IMG/VR virus record: IMGVR_UViG_3300045988_154277
Length of the DNA stretch: 64,000 nt
Source: a virus
Strand: one strand, 5' to 3'
Made by a program: the position numbers and the translations under genes
Notes under the pieces: model-generated
What the model saw: only the letters and a program-made list of their open reading frames with translations
Database searches by the model: none
Told to the model about the DNA's origin: nothing
Part shown: positions 9,513 through 18,888 of the stretch, piece after piece
Layout of the letters: every line of letters starts with the position of its first letter
How positions within the stretch are numbered: the first letter of the stretch is position 1

Positions 9513-9902
9513 ATGTATACCAAATATATGGGAGCTCTCACTCCGAGTGTATGCGGTGCGCCTGATTACTCCAAGGCTGAGAACAGACCTTACACTACCA
9601 ACTCCAACGGCACTCGCGCATTCCATTACACAGAGTCACAATCGGGTTGGTTGTTCATCCAGTATGTGGCTGATGCGTTCGAAAGTAACCGTGCGAATCG
9701 ATTGATGATTGATGGAACTGCATTTGTGTTCAACGATACTAATGGAGCGAAGCATTACATCGATTATGTGTCGTATCAAGTTCCGATCGGTGCAGGAAGT
9801 ACTTGGGATTTCTCCTTCCAAGGGCAACGTGCTACAGTCACGTTCGTTCCATCGGGGGGGGGGTCGTTAGCTAACGACCTGATCTACGAGGAGGTGGCGT
9901 GA
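9513..9902 (+). CDS. small tail-module protein, paralog B
   Basis: GGAGGG SD. Start MYTKYMGAL. An internal G10 tract encodes SGGGS thirteen codons before the stop. Stop and next start overlap as TGATG. Confidence 0.5.
   Translation: MYTKYMGALTPSVCGAPDYSKAENRPYTTNSNGTRAFHYTESQSGWLFIQYVADAFESNRANRLMIDGTAFVFNDTNGAKHYIDYVSYQVPIGAGSTWDFSFQGQRATVTFVPSGGGSLANDLIYEEVA
9854..9863. repeat. G10 homopolymer tract inside paralog B
   Basis: tcgggggggggg tcg encodes SGGGS thirteen codons before the stop. Confidence 0.85.
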
Positions 9903-10234
9903 TGGCTTACGTAAAACACATGGGGATCTTATCCCACGTTTATGCCGATATGGAGATCGACTACGCCAATGCTGTCACGCTTACCAGTAGCGAAACATAC
10001 ATCGCACCCAATGCAGGTGTATACTACGCGAAAGGTCACTCCACGAACAGTGGATCAGCGTCGATCATCGTCAGGGCTGTGAAAGGTGATGTACCGGCTA
10101 TCACCAACCAAGCTATCGTAACAGAAGGTAGCTACGACTTACACGCTAGTGTGGTGGTCGGCAAAGGTGACAGTTGTTCGATGATCGCAACCAGATGCAA
10201 CAATCTCGTGATACGGTTCTATCCATTCAAGTAA
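9902..10234 (+). CDS. small tail-module protein, paralog C
   Basis: Start MAYVKHMGIL. Shares the M-x-Y-[IVT]-K-[HY]-M-G-x-L N-terminus with paralogs A and B. Confidence 0.5.
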   Translation: MAYVKHMGILSHVYADMEIDYANAVTLTSSETYIAPNAGVYYAKGHSTNSGSASIIVRAVKGDVPAITNQAIVTEGSYDLHASVVVGKGDSCSMIATRCNNLVIRFYPFK

Positions 10235-10240
10235 TAGATC

Positions 10241-10276
10241 GTAGGATGTAGGTGGGATATCCCACCTACATCCTAC
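10241..10276. terminator. bidirectional hairpin terminator
   Basis: GTAGGATGTAGGTGGGATATCCCACCTACATCCTAC between convergent genes. Confidence 0.5.
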
Positions 10277-10282
10277 CTTACG

Positions 10283-10870
10283 CTACTTATTGCGTTTGTT
10301 TGTAGTAGTGGTCGTGGTACTCGAGTGATCGTCTACCCGCTGTATCTGATACCACTCTTGTTTCTGTTCACGAGATCCGATCAGCTCCTTTAAGTTGAGA
10401 GTGAGCGTGAACAGGTATCCAATGATGATACCGATACCGCCGATAACTGCAAAGAACGCATACACCCAGATCGACACATGTTCCAAGTGTTTGATACGTT
10501 TCTCAAACCCAGCATGTACATCAGCAGAACTGTTGTTCAGTTCCAATATGTGCCTGATGTTGTTATTGATCTCGGTGATATCTTTTTGCAAACCACTGAT
10601 GTCTTCCTTCTGAGCATTTTGTCGTTGCTCAAAATCACGACGGCGTTCTTGCTCCCCACTGAGAATCGTACCGATCTTAGTCAATTCATTTTTCAACTCA
10701 TTATCCCTCTTTGTTTGATCTAATTGAGAGGTAGTGAGCATCTCAACCATCGTAGTTAAGCGTCCTTCGATCCTCTGGTTTTCCTCTTTTCTAGATTGTA
10801 GAGATGCTTTGATCTCTCCGATCTGCTGCTGTTGAATACAGACAGCCTGATGTGTCGTTTCCTCAGCCAC
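10283..10870 (-). CDS. coiled-coil protein with C-terminal transmembrane helix
   Basis: GTG start 6 nt after GGAGG. About 140 aa of heptad repeats, then the hydrophobic stretch IWVYAFFAVIGGIGIIIGYLF, then a basic/Thr tail. Confidence 0.45.
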   Translation of the reverse strand: MAEETTHQAVCIQQQQIGEIKASLQSRKEENQRIEGRLTTMVEMLTTSQLDQTKRDNELKNELTKIGTILSGEQERRRDFEQRQNAQKEDISGLQKDITEINNNIRHILELNNSSADVHAGFEKRIKHLEHVSIWVYAFFAVIGGIGIIIGYLFTLTLNLKELIGSREQKQEWYQIQRVDDHSSTTTTTTNKRNK

Positions 10871-10884
10871 AACGCACCTCCTTC

Positions 10885-12537
10885 CTAGTGTATCGTAGAC
10901 CAGACTTTGCCGATCGCACCGATGTGATTGTGCTCCACAGCCATCTGACGGGTTGTGGTCGTACCGTAGATGTCGAAACTGACACCCATGTATTTCACAA
11001 TGTTGATCATATCGGTAACCAACGCTTTATCGATCTCCTGATCCTCGGTCAGGTACGAAGTGATATCAGCCAATACCGTGTCGATATCATCCACCATCTT
11101 GACAAGGCTATTCGTCGCTGCCAGATATTTCTCCATATCCAGAAGAGAGAGTCTGACATCTTTAAACTCCTTCATCGTCTTGTAAACGGACATGAACTTC
11201 ACATCCATCGGAGTTTTTTGTTCTGTGAAGACTTTATCCACAGAGCCTTTCAGAGAGTTCAAACTGGTCTCTCTCTGTTTGACAAGGTTCACCATGGGAA
11301 CCAGAGTGCTCTTATAATCTTCACTCCGCATCAACTTCCTTCTGAAATCGATCAGAGCAGCCAGAACACCCTGTCCATACGCCTGGATATCCAGCACTGT
11401 ATAGACTTGTTCCAGACTCATACAAGCGTTCTGGTAGGTACCTTTCATACCGCTTGGGATGGGGATATCTAGGTTCGTTACCTGAGTGATCGGAATGCTC
11501 TCGGCTTTCAGACACATCGTCGTATGCGATTCGTAGTAATACCGCATCTCAGAACGCTTCAGGTCTTTGTAGAATTTGAAGATATTGGTCTTGAATGTAT
11601 TGCCGATCTTGAGGAACACATCGGTCACACCGATGAAGATCTTCAGAAGACCGGTTCCGATCCCTTCGGTAGATGTGGTATCCAGAGTACGGAGGTAATT
11701 GTGATAGACTTCCAGCTTACGAAGGTCCTGATAAAGAGCATCACTGTTCCAAGGAATGAACGGATACTTGGATGCACAGACACGGAGGATCTCTTCTGAT
11801 TTCTCGGACTTATCATCCTTGTCATCTTCTTCATCTTCAGGATCCTCTTCCTCAGAGTCATCTTTATCTTTGTCTTTCTTGGACTTAGACTTCTTGTCTG
11901 ACTTATCATCTTCGTCGTCAGACTCTTCATCATCGTCCTCTTTGTCCTCATCGGAATCTGTATCATCATCTTCGTCAGAATCATCCTTATCATCAGAATC
12001 ATCATCATCGTCTTCTGACTCATCCTCCGGGTCAGGCTCTTCGTCTTCTTCATCCTCAGAGTCCTCATCCTTCTTGGATTTGGCGTTGCGGTAGATATAT
12101 CGTTCTTCAGACTTCTCTTCTTCGTCTTCCGGCTCATCGTCAGAAGTGTCTTCACCACCAACAAGATCCCATACTTTATCGACGAACGCTTTGATTTCAC
12201 GACCATCCTTCTTGATCCAGTCGTATTCAACATCGATCTTGATATCAGTATCGTACTTGTCTTTCAGTTCCTTCTCGATCTTCTTGAGAACATCAGACCA
12301 GTCGTCTTTTGTAAGGCTTTCCAGAGTGGAGAAATTGTGTTCTTCCTTTACAAAATCAGGACCATCGGAATAGTCGTTCAATAGTTTACAGATCATCCGA
12401 GAGATGACGTAACGGTTGAGCTCTTTGTCATCCTCTTCCTTCTCATCGGAACTCTCTTTCTCATTCCGAAGGTGCGTTGGTCGGATCGGTCGAAGACCTT
12501 CCGTCCCTAACGCAGACAAGCTAAACTTGGAAATCAT
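10885..12537 (-). CDS. highly acidic protein with about 150-aa poly-D/E/S low-complexity region
   Basis: AAGGAA SD. The central region has runs such as DEDDDTDSDEDKEDDDEESDDEDDKSDKKSKSKKDKDKDDSEEEDPEDEEDDKDD. The flanking sequence looks globular. Confidence 0.55.
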   Translation of the reverse strand: MISKFSLSALGTEGLRPIRPTHLRNEKESSDEKEEDDKELNRYVISRMICKLLNDYSDGPDFVKEEHNFSTLESLTKDDWSDVLKKIEKELKDKYDTDIKIDVEYDWIKKDGREIKAFVDKVWDLVGGEDTSDDEPEDEEEKSEERYIYRNAKSKKDEDSEDEEDEEPDPEDESEDDDDDSDDKDDSDEDDDTDSDEDKEDDDEESDDEDDKSDKKSKSKKDKDKDDSEEEDPEDEEDDKDDKSEKSEEILRVCASKYPFIPWNSDALYQDLRKLEVYHNYLRTLDTTSTEGIGTGLLKIFIGVTDVFLKIGNTFKTNIFKFYKDLKRSEMRYYYESHTTMCLKAESIPITQVTNLDIPIPSGMKGTYQNACMSLEQVYTVLDIQAYGQGVLAALIDFRRKLMRSEDYKSTLVPMVNLVKQRETSLNSLKGSVDKVFTEQKTPMDVKFMSVYKTMKEFKDVRLSLLDMEKYLAATNSLVKMVDDIDTVLADITSYLTEDQEIDKALVTDMINIVKYMGVSFDIYGTTTTRQMAVEHNHIGAIGKVWSTIH

Positions 12538-12598
12538 AGTTGTATTCCTTTTGTTATGTTGTTTCTATTCGAGTCATACGATGGCTCAAGATACGATC

Positions 12599-12633
12599 TA
12601 TAGGTAGGGTAGTTACACTACCCTACCTATAGA
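12599..12633. terminator. hairpin terminator
   Basis: CTATAGGTAGGGTAGTTACACTACCCTACCTATAG. Confidence 0.45.
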
Positions 12634-12640
12634 TCACGTG

Positions 12641-14323
12641 TTAAGCGAATGGATCGTACGTGTCTTCCTCTGCAGGAGGTTGTTCTGCTTCTACAACCGT
12701 TGGTTCTTTCGGTTCCTCTTCTTTGGGGAGAGGTTCCTGAGGAACAGGTTGTTCTGATTGAGGTTCCGTTACATTCTGGAAAAGCGCCAACCCTCCAGCA
12801 TCCGTCACCTCATTGTTGTTGTCGCTGTAGATATCGGGCACACTAGTGTCCTTATCCAAGTAGATATCATCCATGATACCTAGAACAGGACCCATGAACC
12901 GATACGCACAGTACCGATCCTCCTTCGGCGGCGGCGGCTCATCACGGTGTTTACTCCAACATAACGTCAAATAAGGCACTTCGTTCATGTTCCTTTCGAT
13001 ATACATGAAGATCAATCCAGTCAACTCCCTTCGGAATCCTTTACAGTCACCGAGATGGATCGCACCGTAGGATTTGACAACGTTGGCTTGACCACTTGCG
13101 TTTAACTCCTCAGCACGACTATCCAACTGAAGACCATGCAGCATCAGACAGTTGTTCCTCTGTCCGTAGTTGTACATCTTCTGCATCAACTTCTGAAGAC
13201 GTTTGGCTGGATTGTCACTATCCTCATCTACTCTCATCAGTGTGATGTAGTCGATGACCGTTGCAACAACCTCGTAGCCTTTCCTTTTCAGTTCTTCCAT
13301 CTCTTTCACGAAGTCTGAGTAACCGAAGTTCTCATCCTTACGCATCATGATGAACTTGATCCCGTTGCTGTTGAAATACCGAGCAACTTGCTCAGCCATC
13401 TCGCGCATCGGCATGTCTTTGGGAGGCTCTGCTCTCATCGCATTAACATAAGCCGACACCACCATACTGTTGGCGTTCTCAGGAACTTCGTTCTCCAAGG
13501 AGATCAATACCACACATGGGATCATACCAGGTTGTACATCTACTTTCCCGTAGACCGTACACCATCTGGCACAGTTCATCAACATCTGAGATTTATAGTT
13601 GTGAGAGGATGCTGCGAATGCCCACGACTCTCCTCTCTTGAATCCTCTGTCTTCTCCCAACATCCGGTTCAATGCCTTCAACCCAGTTGGGAATACATTG
13701 GATTTCCTCTTGTTCCTGTAGTTATCCAGAGACTTCATCAGAGCATTCGCATCTGTCATATCGACGTTGTCGATCGTCTCTGACATCCCGAATCCACCCT
13801 CTGCTGACTTCACCAGATCTCTTGCATATTCCGCCACATCATTCAAGATGATGTCGTTTGTCATGTCATCCGTTGGGTTGAATTGACTTCCACGGATCTG
13901 CATCTTCTGGATGATTCCCATGGACTTCGCCATCGCAACCCAGTTGCTCATCCTGTGAAGCAACCGAGTGACGCGCCGATCACTGATCTCTTCACTGTTT
14001 AGAAGAAGACTGCTTAACTGCTCCACGATCACGGGATCTTTCTGAGCCAGATCACTCTTCTTCAGTTTCACCACGATACGATTGATCTCTGCTTTCTTGC
14101 TGAGATCCGCATCTCTGGTGACGATATCCTGGATGATCTCGAAGAACACATCCAGATCTTTGTTCAGGATCTCTGGCTTCTTCTTCTTCGTAGCCATGTA
14201 GATATCCAAGATCGAGCCCAATGTCTCCTTGGAGTTGTCTGATTTAGAAAATGCTGCCAGACATACAGCATCCAACATGAAATCCGTATTAATCGCTATC
14301 ACGAGTTCACCTACCTCTTCCAA
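12641..14323 (-). CDS. DnaB-family helicase homolog with degenerate Walker A
   Basis: VVATVIDYITLM matches the DnaB H2 motif LIVIDYLQLM. LQLDSRAEEL...RELTGLIFMYIER matches SQLNRSLEQR...DADLIMFIYR. The P-loop position reads AASSHNYKSQ instead of AARPxMGKT. Pro/Glu-rich C-terminal tail. The start is uncertain: TTG at 14323 or GTG at about 14302 after GAGGTAGG. Confidence 0.55.
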   Translation of the reverse strand: MEEVGELVIAINTDFMLDAVCLAAFSKSDNSKETLGSILDIYMATKKKKPEILNKDLDVFFEIIQDIVTRDADLSKKAEINRIVVKLKKSDLAQKDPVIVEQLSSLLLNSEEISDRRVTRLLHRMSNWVAMAKSMGIIQKMQIRGSQFNPTDDMTNDIILNDVAEYARDLVKSAEGGFGMSETIDNVDMTDANALMKSLDNYRNKRKSNVFPTGLKALNRMLGEDRGFKRGESWAFAASSHNYKSQMLMNCARWCTVYGKVDVQPGMIPCVVLISLENEVPENANSMVVSAYVNAMRAEPPKDMPMREMAEQVARYFNSNGIKFIMMRKDENFGYSDFVKEMEELKRKGYEVVATVIDYITLMRVDEDSDNPAKRLQKLMQKMYNYGQRNNCLMLHGLQLDSRAEELNASGQANVVKSYGAIHLGDCKGFRRELTGLIFMYIERNMNEVPYLTLCWSKHRDEPPPPKEDRYCAYRFMGPVLGIMDDIYLDKDTSVPDIYSDNNNEVTDAGGLALFQNVTEPQSEQPVPQEPLPKEEEPKEPTVVEAEQPPAEEDTYDPFA

Positions 14324-14374
14324 AGCTCATGCTATGCTTAAATGTCAACCCCTTACTATAGAGGTATCCAAATC

Positions 14375-16147
14375 ATGCAATCTTTTATCAAGTTCATCGC
14401 GGATGTCACCATCCCTTATAATCCGGACTGGTTGGCAGATCCGGACAAGATGTTCCGTTCGCTTAGCACAGAAGGTAAAGTATACTTCCTGATGCAACAA
14501 GCGATCGCCCTCAACTACCTTGAGCGAGTATACGATAAGGGTCTTCCGACACTTATTAAAGAGTATAAAGAGAAGGTCACCAAATGGTGGCTGGTTGACC
14601 TCGAATATGAGGTCAATGCTCTTGAGACAGACGATCCTTCTCTGGAGAAGGAAGGGTATCTCAATATCCTGGCTCTTCTCGATGATGACCGTAGCAACCA
14701 GATCGATGCGGAACGCTGTTCCGATTGGGCATCTCATCAACGAGAAGATGCTCCTGTTGCTATGAAAAATACATTCTATAGTCCATACTTGCGTTTCGCT
14801 GAACGAGCCCGCAGGTCGGAGACGTTGGCAGACGGTGAACATGCCCAGAGCACAGAGTCATTCAGTGTCCCTGGTCCAGTCACTCTTCCGACGTTCACCT
14901 ACCAGGGAGCGATCCTCAGCGTGCGTCACGATTTGAGTTATTCCGGTTATAAGTACGATTACACATCCAATCACAAATACGGGACATCCCAGTATGGATT
15001 GGGTGTTGGGTCCATCTTCTCCTACTGGAGAGGATATAACTGGACTGACTTCAAATTTAATAGTGTGGTGGGAGTGCTCGCTGCACAGTGTTTGGATTTG
15101 GATACAAACACCTTCCCAAACAACTCGCTCCTTTGGGCTTACTACTTCGTTTACTGCAAAGTGACCGGATGGCAACCGAAAGGTGCAAGTGAATCGAATT
15201 ACATTTGGCTCTCGTCTGAATCGAACTTTCTCAGACGCTGTGTGCTCAGCTTCTTGATCGATCTTCGTGATCGATACAAGGTCCAGTTTGACGATAGTGA
15301 GCTTCTGGCTCGCTTGATGCAAGGGGATACGGCTGAGGATGCAGATCAACTACACGCATTTCTGAAGGCATCCGAGCCGACAGAAGTAAGTGTCGAGATG
15401 TATCACGCTTTTCAGAAGAGTCCCTTCGCTCGTTTCGACGAGCTCGACTTGATCAAACATAAGAGGTTGTCTAGTCGTGAGTTGATGGATGCTACCATCG
15501 ATGCGAGGAACTCGGAAACGGACCCATCCGACACCCAGCAGGATGATGATTCAACATCGGGTAGATCCCGTCGTCGCAGAACCAGTAGACCCTCCAGTGA
15601 ACCGAATCTGTCGGACAGCAGCTTCGATCAACTGGATGAAGAGACTGGGATGACGGAAGATCCGGCACAGCCTGATGGTGAAGACGAAGAAGCTGCGGCC
15701 ACTGAAGATCCCAACACTGATGAGTTGTCGGACAACAACTTCGATGAGTTGGATCAGAACATGGACCCGGAAGCTGACGCTACTACTCCTGACGAAGAGC
15801 CGACCGACCCTGAAGGGAACCCTGAGGGCACAGAAGATACAACACACAACACACAACACACACAAGTACCTGATATGCCCGATATGGATGACAAGAAGGG
15901 CGTGAAGCTCGAACTGAGTGCGGGTGAGACCGCAAATTCGGTTCTTTACAGGATAGAGTTGGAGTCGTTCATTGATTCACTCCTAGCGAACTCTCCCAAT
16001 TTCTTGTCAGCACAGAAGGTTGAGCTGTTGAAACGTGTCAAAGCGTACTGGCTCAATCGTCTTTCACCTGAAAGCTTGGTGAACTTGCTGAACTCCATCA
16101 TCAAGTTACCCAAGTATCTTAACATCAACAAGAATAAGGACAAATAA
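14375..16147 (+). CDS. hypothetical protein with acidic, disordered C-terminal third
   Basis: AGAGGT SD before ATG 14375. The C-terminal 150 aa are D/E/T/P-rich. It lies immediately upstream of the capsid candidate. Confidence 0.45.
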   Translation: MQSFIKFIADVTIPYNPDWLADPDKMFRSLSTEGKVYFLMQQAIALNYLERVYDKGLPTLIKEYKEKVTKWWLVDLEYEVNALETDDPSLEKEGYLNILALLDDDRSNQIDAERCSDWASHQREDAPVAMKNTFYSPYLRFAERARRSETLADGEHAQSTESFSVPGPVTLPTFTYQGAILSVRHDLSYSGYKYDYTSNHKYGTSQYGLGVGSIFSYWRGYNWTDFKFNSVVGVLAAQCLDLDTNTFPNNSLLWAYYFVYCKVTGWQPKGASESNYIWLSSESNFLRRCVLSFLIDLRDRYKVQFDDSELLARLMQGDTAEDADQLHAFLKASEPTEVSVEMYHAFQKSPFARFDELDLIKHKRLSSRELMDATIDARNSETDPSDTQQDDDSTSGRSRRRRTSRPSSEPNLSDSSFDQLDEETGMTEDPAQPDGEDEEAAATEDPNTDELSDNNFDELDQNMDPEADATTPDEEPTDPEGNPEGTEDTTHNTQHTQVPDMPDMDDKKGVKLELSAGETANSVLYRIELESFIDSLLANSPNFLSAQKVELLKRVKAYWLNRLSPESLVNLLNSIIKLPKYLNINKNKDK

Positions 16148-16149
16148 CA

Positions 16150-18387
16150 ATGTCTGCTATTGACAAATACCTGAAGCAGCTTGAAACTGCGTTCGCCAAT
16201 ACTGGCAAAGCTGGTGATCTGGTTGGTATCGGTCGCTCGACGTACGACGCTGTTGGGAAATACCTTACCACCCGCAACATGATCAAGCGTGGCGCCTATG
16301 AACAGATGTCCATCAGCAACGAATCCATGAGCTTCGAAACTGCGATGAACGCGCAGGGCGTCGATGGTCTGAAAGACCTCGTTGAGAGTTGCGGCGTTCC
16401 GCAGGCTTACGTCAAGGACTGCTGCAAGACCATCCTGAACATCATGAACCGTTGCTCGCAGGGTGCGGCCGCTGCTTGGCAGCAGCAGAACCTCCGTGCG
16501 GATCACACGGCCAACGGTCAGGCGGAAGCTCGTCCGCTCTCCTCGATCTACAGCTCCGACGTTGCTGGCATTCTGAACAGCACCGCTGTGGCCGGTCAGG
16601 AAGCGTTCGGTACCAACGTCGATATGGCGGTTCCGGATATGAAGGTTGCCATCACGGTTGCCATCATGGACTTCCATGTCCGTCTGATCCCCCGCGTTAT
16701 GCCGACCCGTTCCACGACTCAGCCGAACGTCTCCTACACCAAGGAGTGGCTGGAAGTTTACGATCTCACCGGCAACACCAAAGACAGCCAGCGTCTCGTT
16801 GACCTGTACGCCGATCCGTCCTTCGCTCGCAATGAGCTGAAACTGATCGAAGTCAACCCGGCCAACGATCCGGAACAGAAGTTCATCAACGGTGATGGTA
16901 CGCTCAAGTTCGGCCCGAAGGCCAACATCCTCGAGCTCTCCACCCGTGAGGACAAATACGGTTACAGCCATATCAACCGCACCGACCTGATCGCGGACAA
17001 CGTCCAGATCAAGTTCGTTCGTGTCGCTCTGACCTTCAACGGTGGCGAAGCGGAATACTTCGACTGCGAAGTTCCGATCAGCAAGAACCGTCTGACCCGT
17101 ATGGTCAACGCCAACGACTCTGCGATGCGCAATGCAGACATCAAGTTCCGTACCTACCTCCGCAAGAGTGCGATGATGGCGAACGGCTCTGCGTCCGGCA
17201 TCCTCTCGAACCTGAGCGACAGCGAAGCGTTCGTCCTTGACTTCAACGTCAAGCCGAGCATCTCTCTGAAGTGGGGTATCGCGGACTGTCTTGCGGACGT
17301 CAGCGTCAGCGTTCGTCACGATATCGACAACGCTCAACTCAGCGGATTCGCGACCTCTCTGATGAGCAGCGGCGCTCTGAGCCTGATCGGTTATGAACTC
17401 GACGCTCGTTTCTCGGAAGAGAACCTGCGCAAGACCTCCATCGCGGTTATGACCCACCGTGTTCCGTTCTCGTTCGATATCCCGATCGGTCGGAACTATG
17501 TGTTCGATTACGCGATCGGTCAGGTCAATGCGGAAGAGAACGCCACCAACCTCACCAAGGTCATCGGTCTCGGTCAGGACAAGGTTGCGCTCGAACTCGG
17601 CATCCGTACCATCGAAGATGTCTACGATCGCATCCGTGCGGTCAGCCCGAACCCGGTCGATCGTCCCGAATATGTCGGCACCAACTATGTTGCTGGCGAC
17701 AAGGTTCGCCCGTCCATCTTCATCGGCGATCTGGATCTGACCAATCTGGAAACCATCCGTGATGCTGACCGTGCTGGCGACATCAAGCAGAAGGCCATCT
17801 CCATGCTGACCGCTGCTACCAGCCGTATCCTTCAGGAGTCCTTCCTGCAGCAGCAGCTCGGTGGTTCGACCACGGCTACCTTCAAGGGTATCACCAGCAT
17901 CGAGATCCTCGGCAACGTCATCGGTATGCCGCACATCCACGACCATATGTCCAAGGATGATGGTCGCAACGTCGGTGACGGTGTGGAATACGTTCTCGTT
18001 CTGCCGAACGGCGTGAAGATCGAGTTCGTGACCTCCACCTTCGACAGCATGCGCGACAAGATCGTCATGTGGCCGACCATCCCGAACAACACCGAAAGTG
18101 AACTGCACTTCGCTCACAACTGGGACTATGGGTGCATGGTTGCCCATTACACCCCGAGTGGTGAAGCGGCTCACCATCGTCTGTTCGGCAACATCCGTGA
18201 ACTGCCGATCGTCGTCAACCCGCTGGGTCTCATCATCCAGGTCAAGGGTATCGAGCTGGCGAACGGTATCGCTCTCGATGGCGTCGTCCGTCCGACCTTC
18301 AACGTCAACGTGGAAGGCTCGGTTGTCACGACTGTCAACGGAACGATCACCACGGCTCCGGAACAGGGTGGCACTGAAGAGCCCTGA
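16150..18387 (+). CDS. major capsid protein candidate (abundant structural protein)
   Basis: 745 aa with AAGGA SD. Codon usage is sharply GC3-rich (CTG, CGT, GGC, ACC, AAC) unlike its neighbours, as expected for a very highly expressed gene. The size matches phiKZ-type major capsid proteins. The antisense 828-aa ORF is a shadow. Confidence 0.4.
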   Translation: MSAIDKYLKQLETAFANTGKAGDLVGIGRSTYDAVGKYLTTRNMIKRGAYEQMSISNESMSFETAMNAQGVDGLKDLVESCGVPQAYVKDCCKTILNIMNRCSQGAAAAWQQQNLRADHTANGQAEARPLSSIYSSDVAGILNSTAVAGQEAFGTNVDMAVPDMKVAITVAIMDFHVRLIPRVMPTRSTTQPNVSYTKEWLEVYDLTGNTKDSQRLVDLYADPSFARNELKLIEVNPANDPEQKFINGDGTLKFGPKANILELSTREDKYGYSHINRTDLIADNVQIKFVRVALTFNGGEAEYFDCEVPISKNRLTRMVNANDSAMRNADIKFRTYLRKSAMMANGSASGILSNLSDSEAFVLDFNVKPSISLKWGIADCLADVSVSVRHDIDNAQLSGFATSLMSSGALSLIGYELDARFSEENLRKTSIAVMTHRVPFSFDIPIGRNYVFDYAIGQVNAEENATNLTKVIGLGQDKVALELGIRTIEDVYDRIRAVSPNPVDRPEYVGTNYVAGDKVRPSIFIGDLDLTNLETIRDADRAGDIKQKAISMLTAATSRILQESFLQQQLGGSTTATFKGITSIEILGNVIGMPHIHDHMSKDDGRNVGDGVEYVLVLPNGVKIEFVTSTFDSMRDKIVMWPTIPNNTESELHFAHNWDYGCMVAHYTPSGEAAHHRLFGNIRELPIVVNPLGLIIQVKGIELANGIALDGVVRPTFNVNVEGSVVTTVNGTITTAPEQGGTEEP

Positions 18388-18430
18388 TCTTGGCATAACC
18401 AAGACACTCGTATAACGAGTTAGTATAGGC

Positions 18431-18463
18431 ATCAGGTGTAGTAGGACAACCTACTACACCTGA
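18431..18463. terminator. bidirectional hairpin terminator
   Basis: ATCAGGTGTAGTAGG-ACAA-CCTACTACACCTGAT between the capsid candidate and the minus-strand block. Confidence 0.5.
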
Positions 18464-18477
18464 TCCTAGCTATTTGA

Positions 18478-18807
18478 TTAGTTGTATTGTTTTGTAACTT
18501 CGTGGTATTGCAGTTCCATCGAACCTGCATGATGTTGTTGGTAAAGAAGTTGAGCACGATGTATTGTACCACAACAAGTAACTTCCCAATAAGATCGATA
18601 TACATCCATGAGATCAGCGTTTTCATCCATTTCAGCACGCTTCAATTCAACAGAACATTTGGCACATCGGACATTACACACTGCGAATTGATTTTTGGCG
18701 TAAGGGCACAACAACCCAACTCGATCATCTCCTGGTAACTTCTGTACATAGATGTTACCTTTTATATCGATATCGATCCTTTCCGACAACATATCGTATT
18801 TGATCAT
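18478..18807 (-). CDS. Cys-rich zinc-ribbon-like protein
   Basis: AGGAGG 5 nt upstream. Motif CPYAKNQFAVCNVRCAKC. Confidence 0.4.
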   Translation of the reverse strand: MIKYDMLSERIDIDIKGNIYVQKLPGDDRVGLLCPYAKNQFAVCNVRCAKCSVELKRAEMDENADLMDVYRSYWEVTCCGTIHRAQLLYQQHHAGSMELQYHEVTKQYN

Positions 18808-18840
18808 AAAAACCTCCTGTTATAGCAAGCGAAAAAGAAA

Positions 18841-18867
18841 AGGAGAAGGACGAAATATCCTTCTCCT
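18841..18867 (-). terminator. hairpin terminator after the polymerase fragment gene
   Basis: AGGAGAAGGACGAAATATCCTTCTCCT. Confidence 0.45.
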
Positions 18868-18888
18868 GTACAGTGGTGCAGGGACCTC

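Noticed and set aside
11643-12233. 196-aa and 112-aa alternative-frame ORFs inside the acidic-protein gene
   Set aside because: These are frame artefacts of the GA/TC-rich repeat encoding the poly-D/E tract. They give poly-K/R/M or poly-S translations with no start signals.
15946-18432. 828-aa minus-strand ORF
   Set aside because: It is a shadow ORF created by the GC3-rich codon usage of the plus-strand capsid candidate. It has no SD and an Arg/Val/Asp-rich antisense composition.
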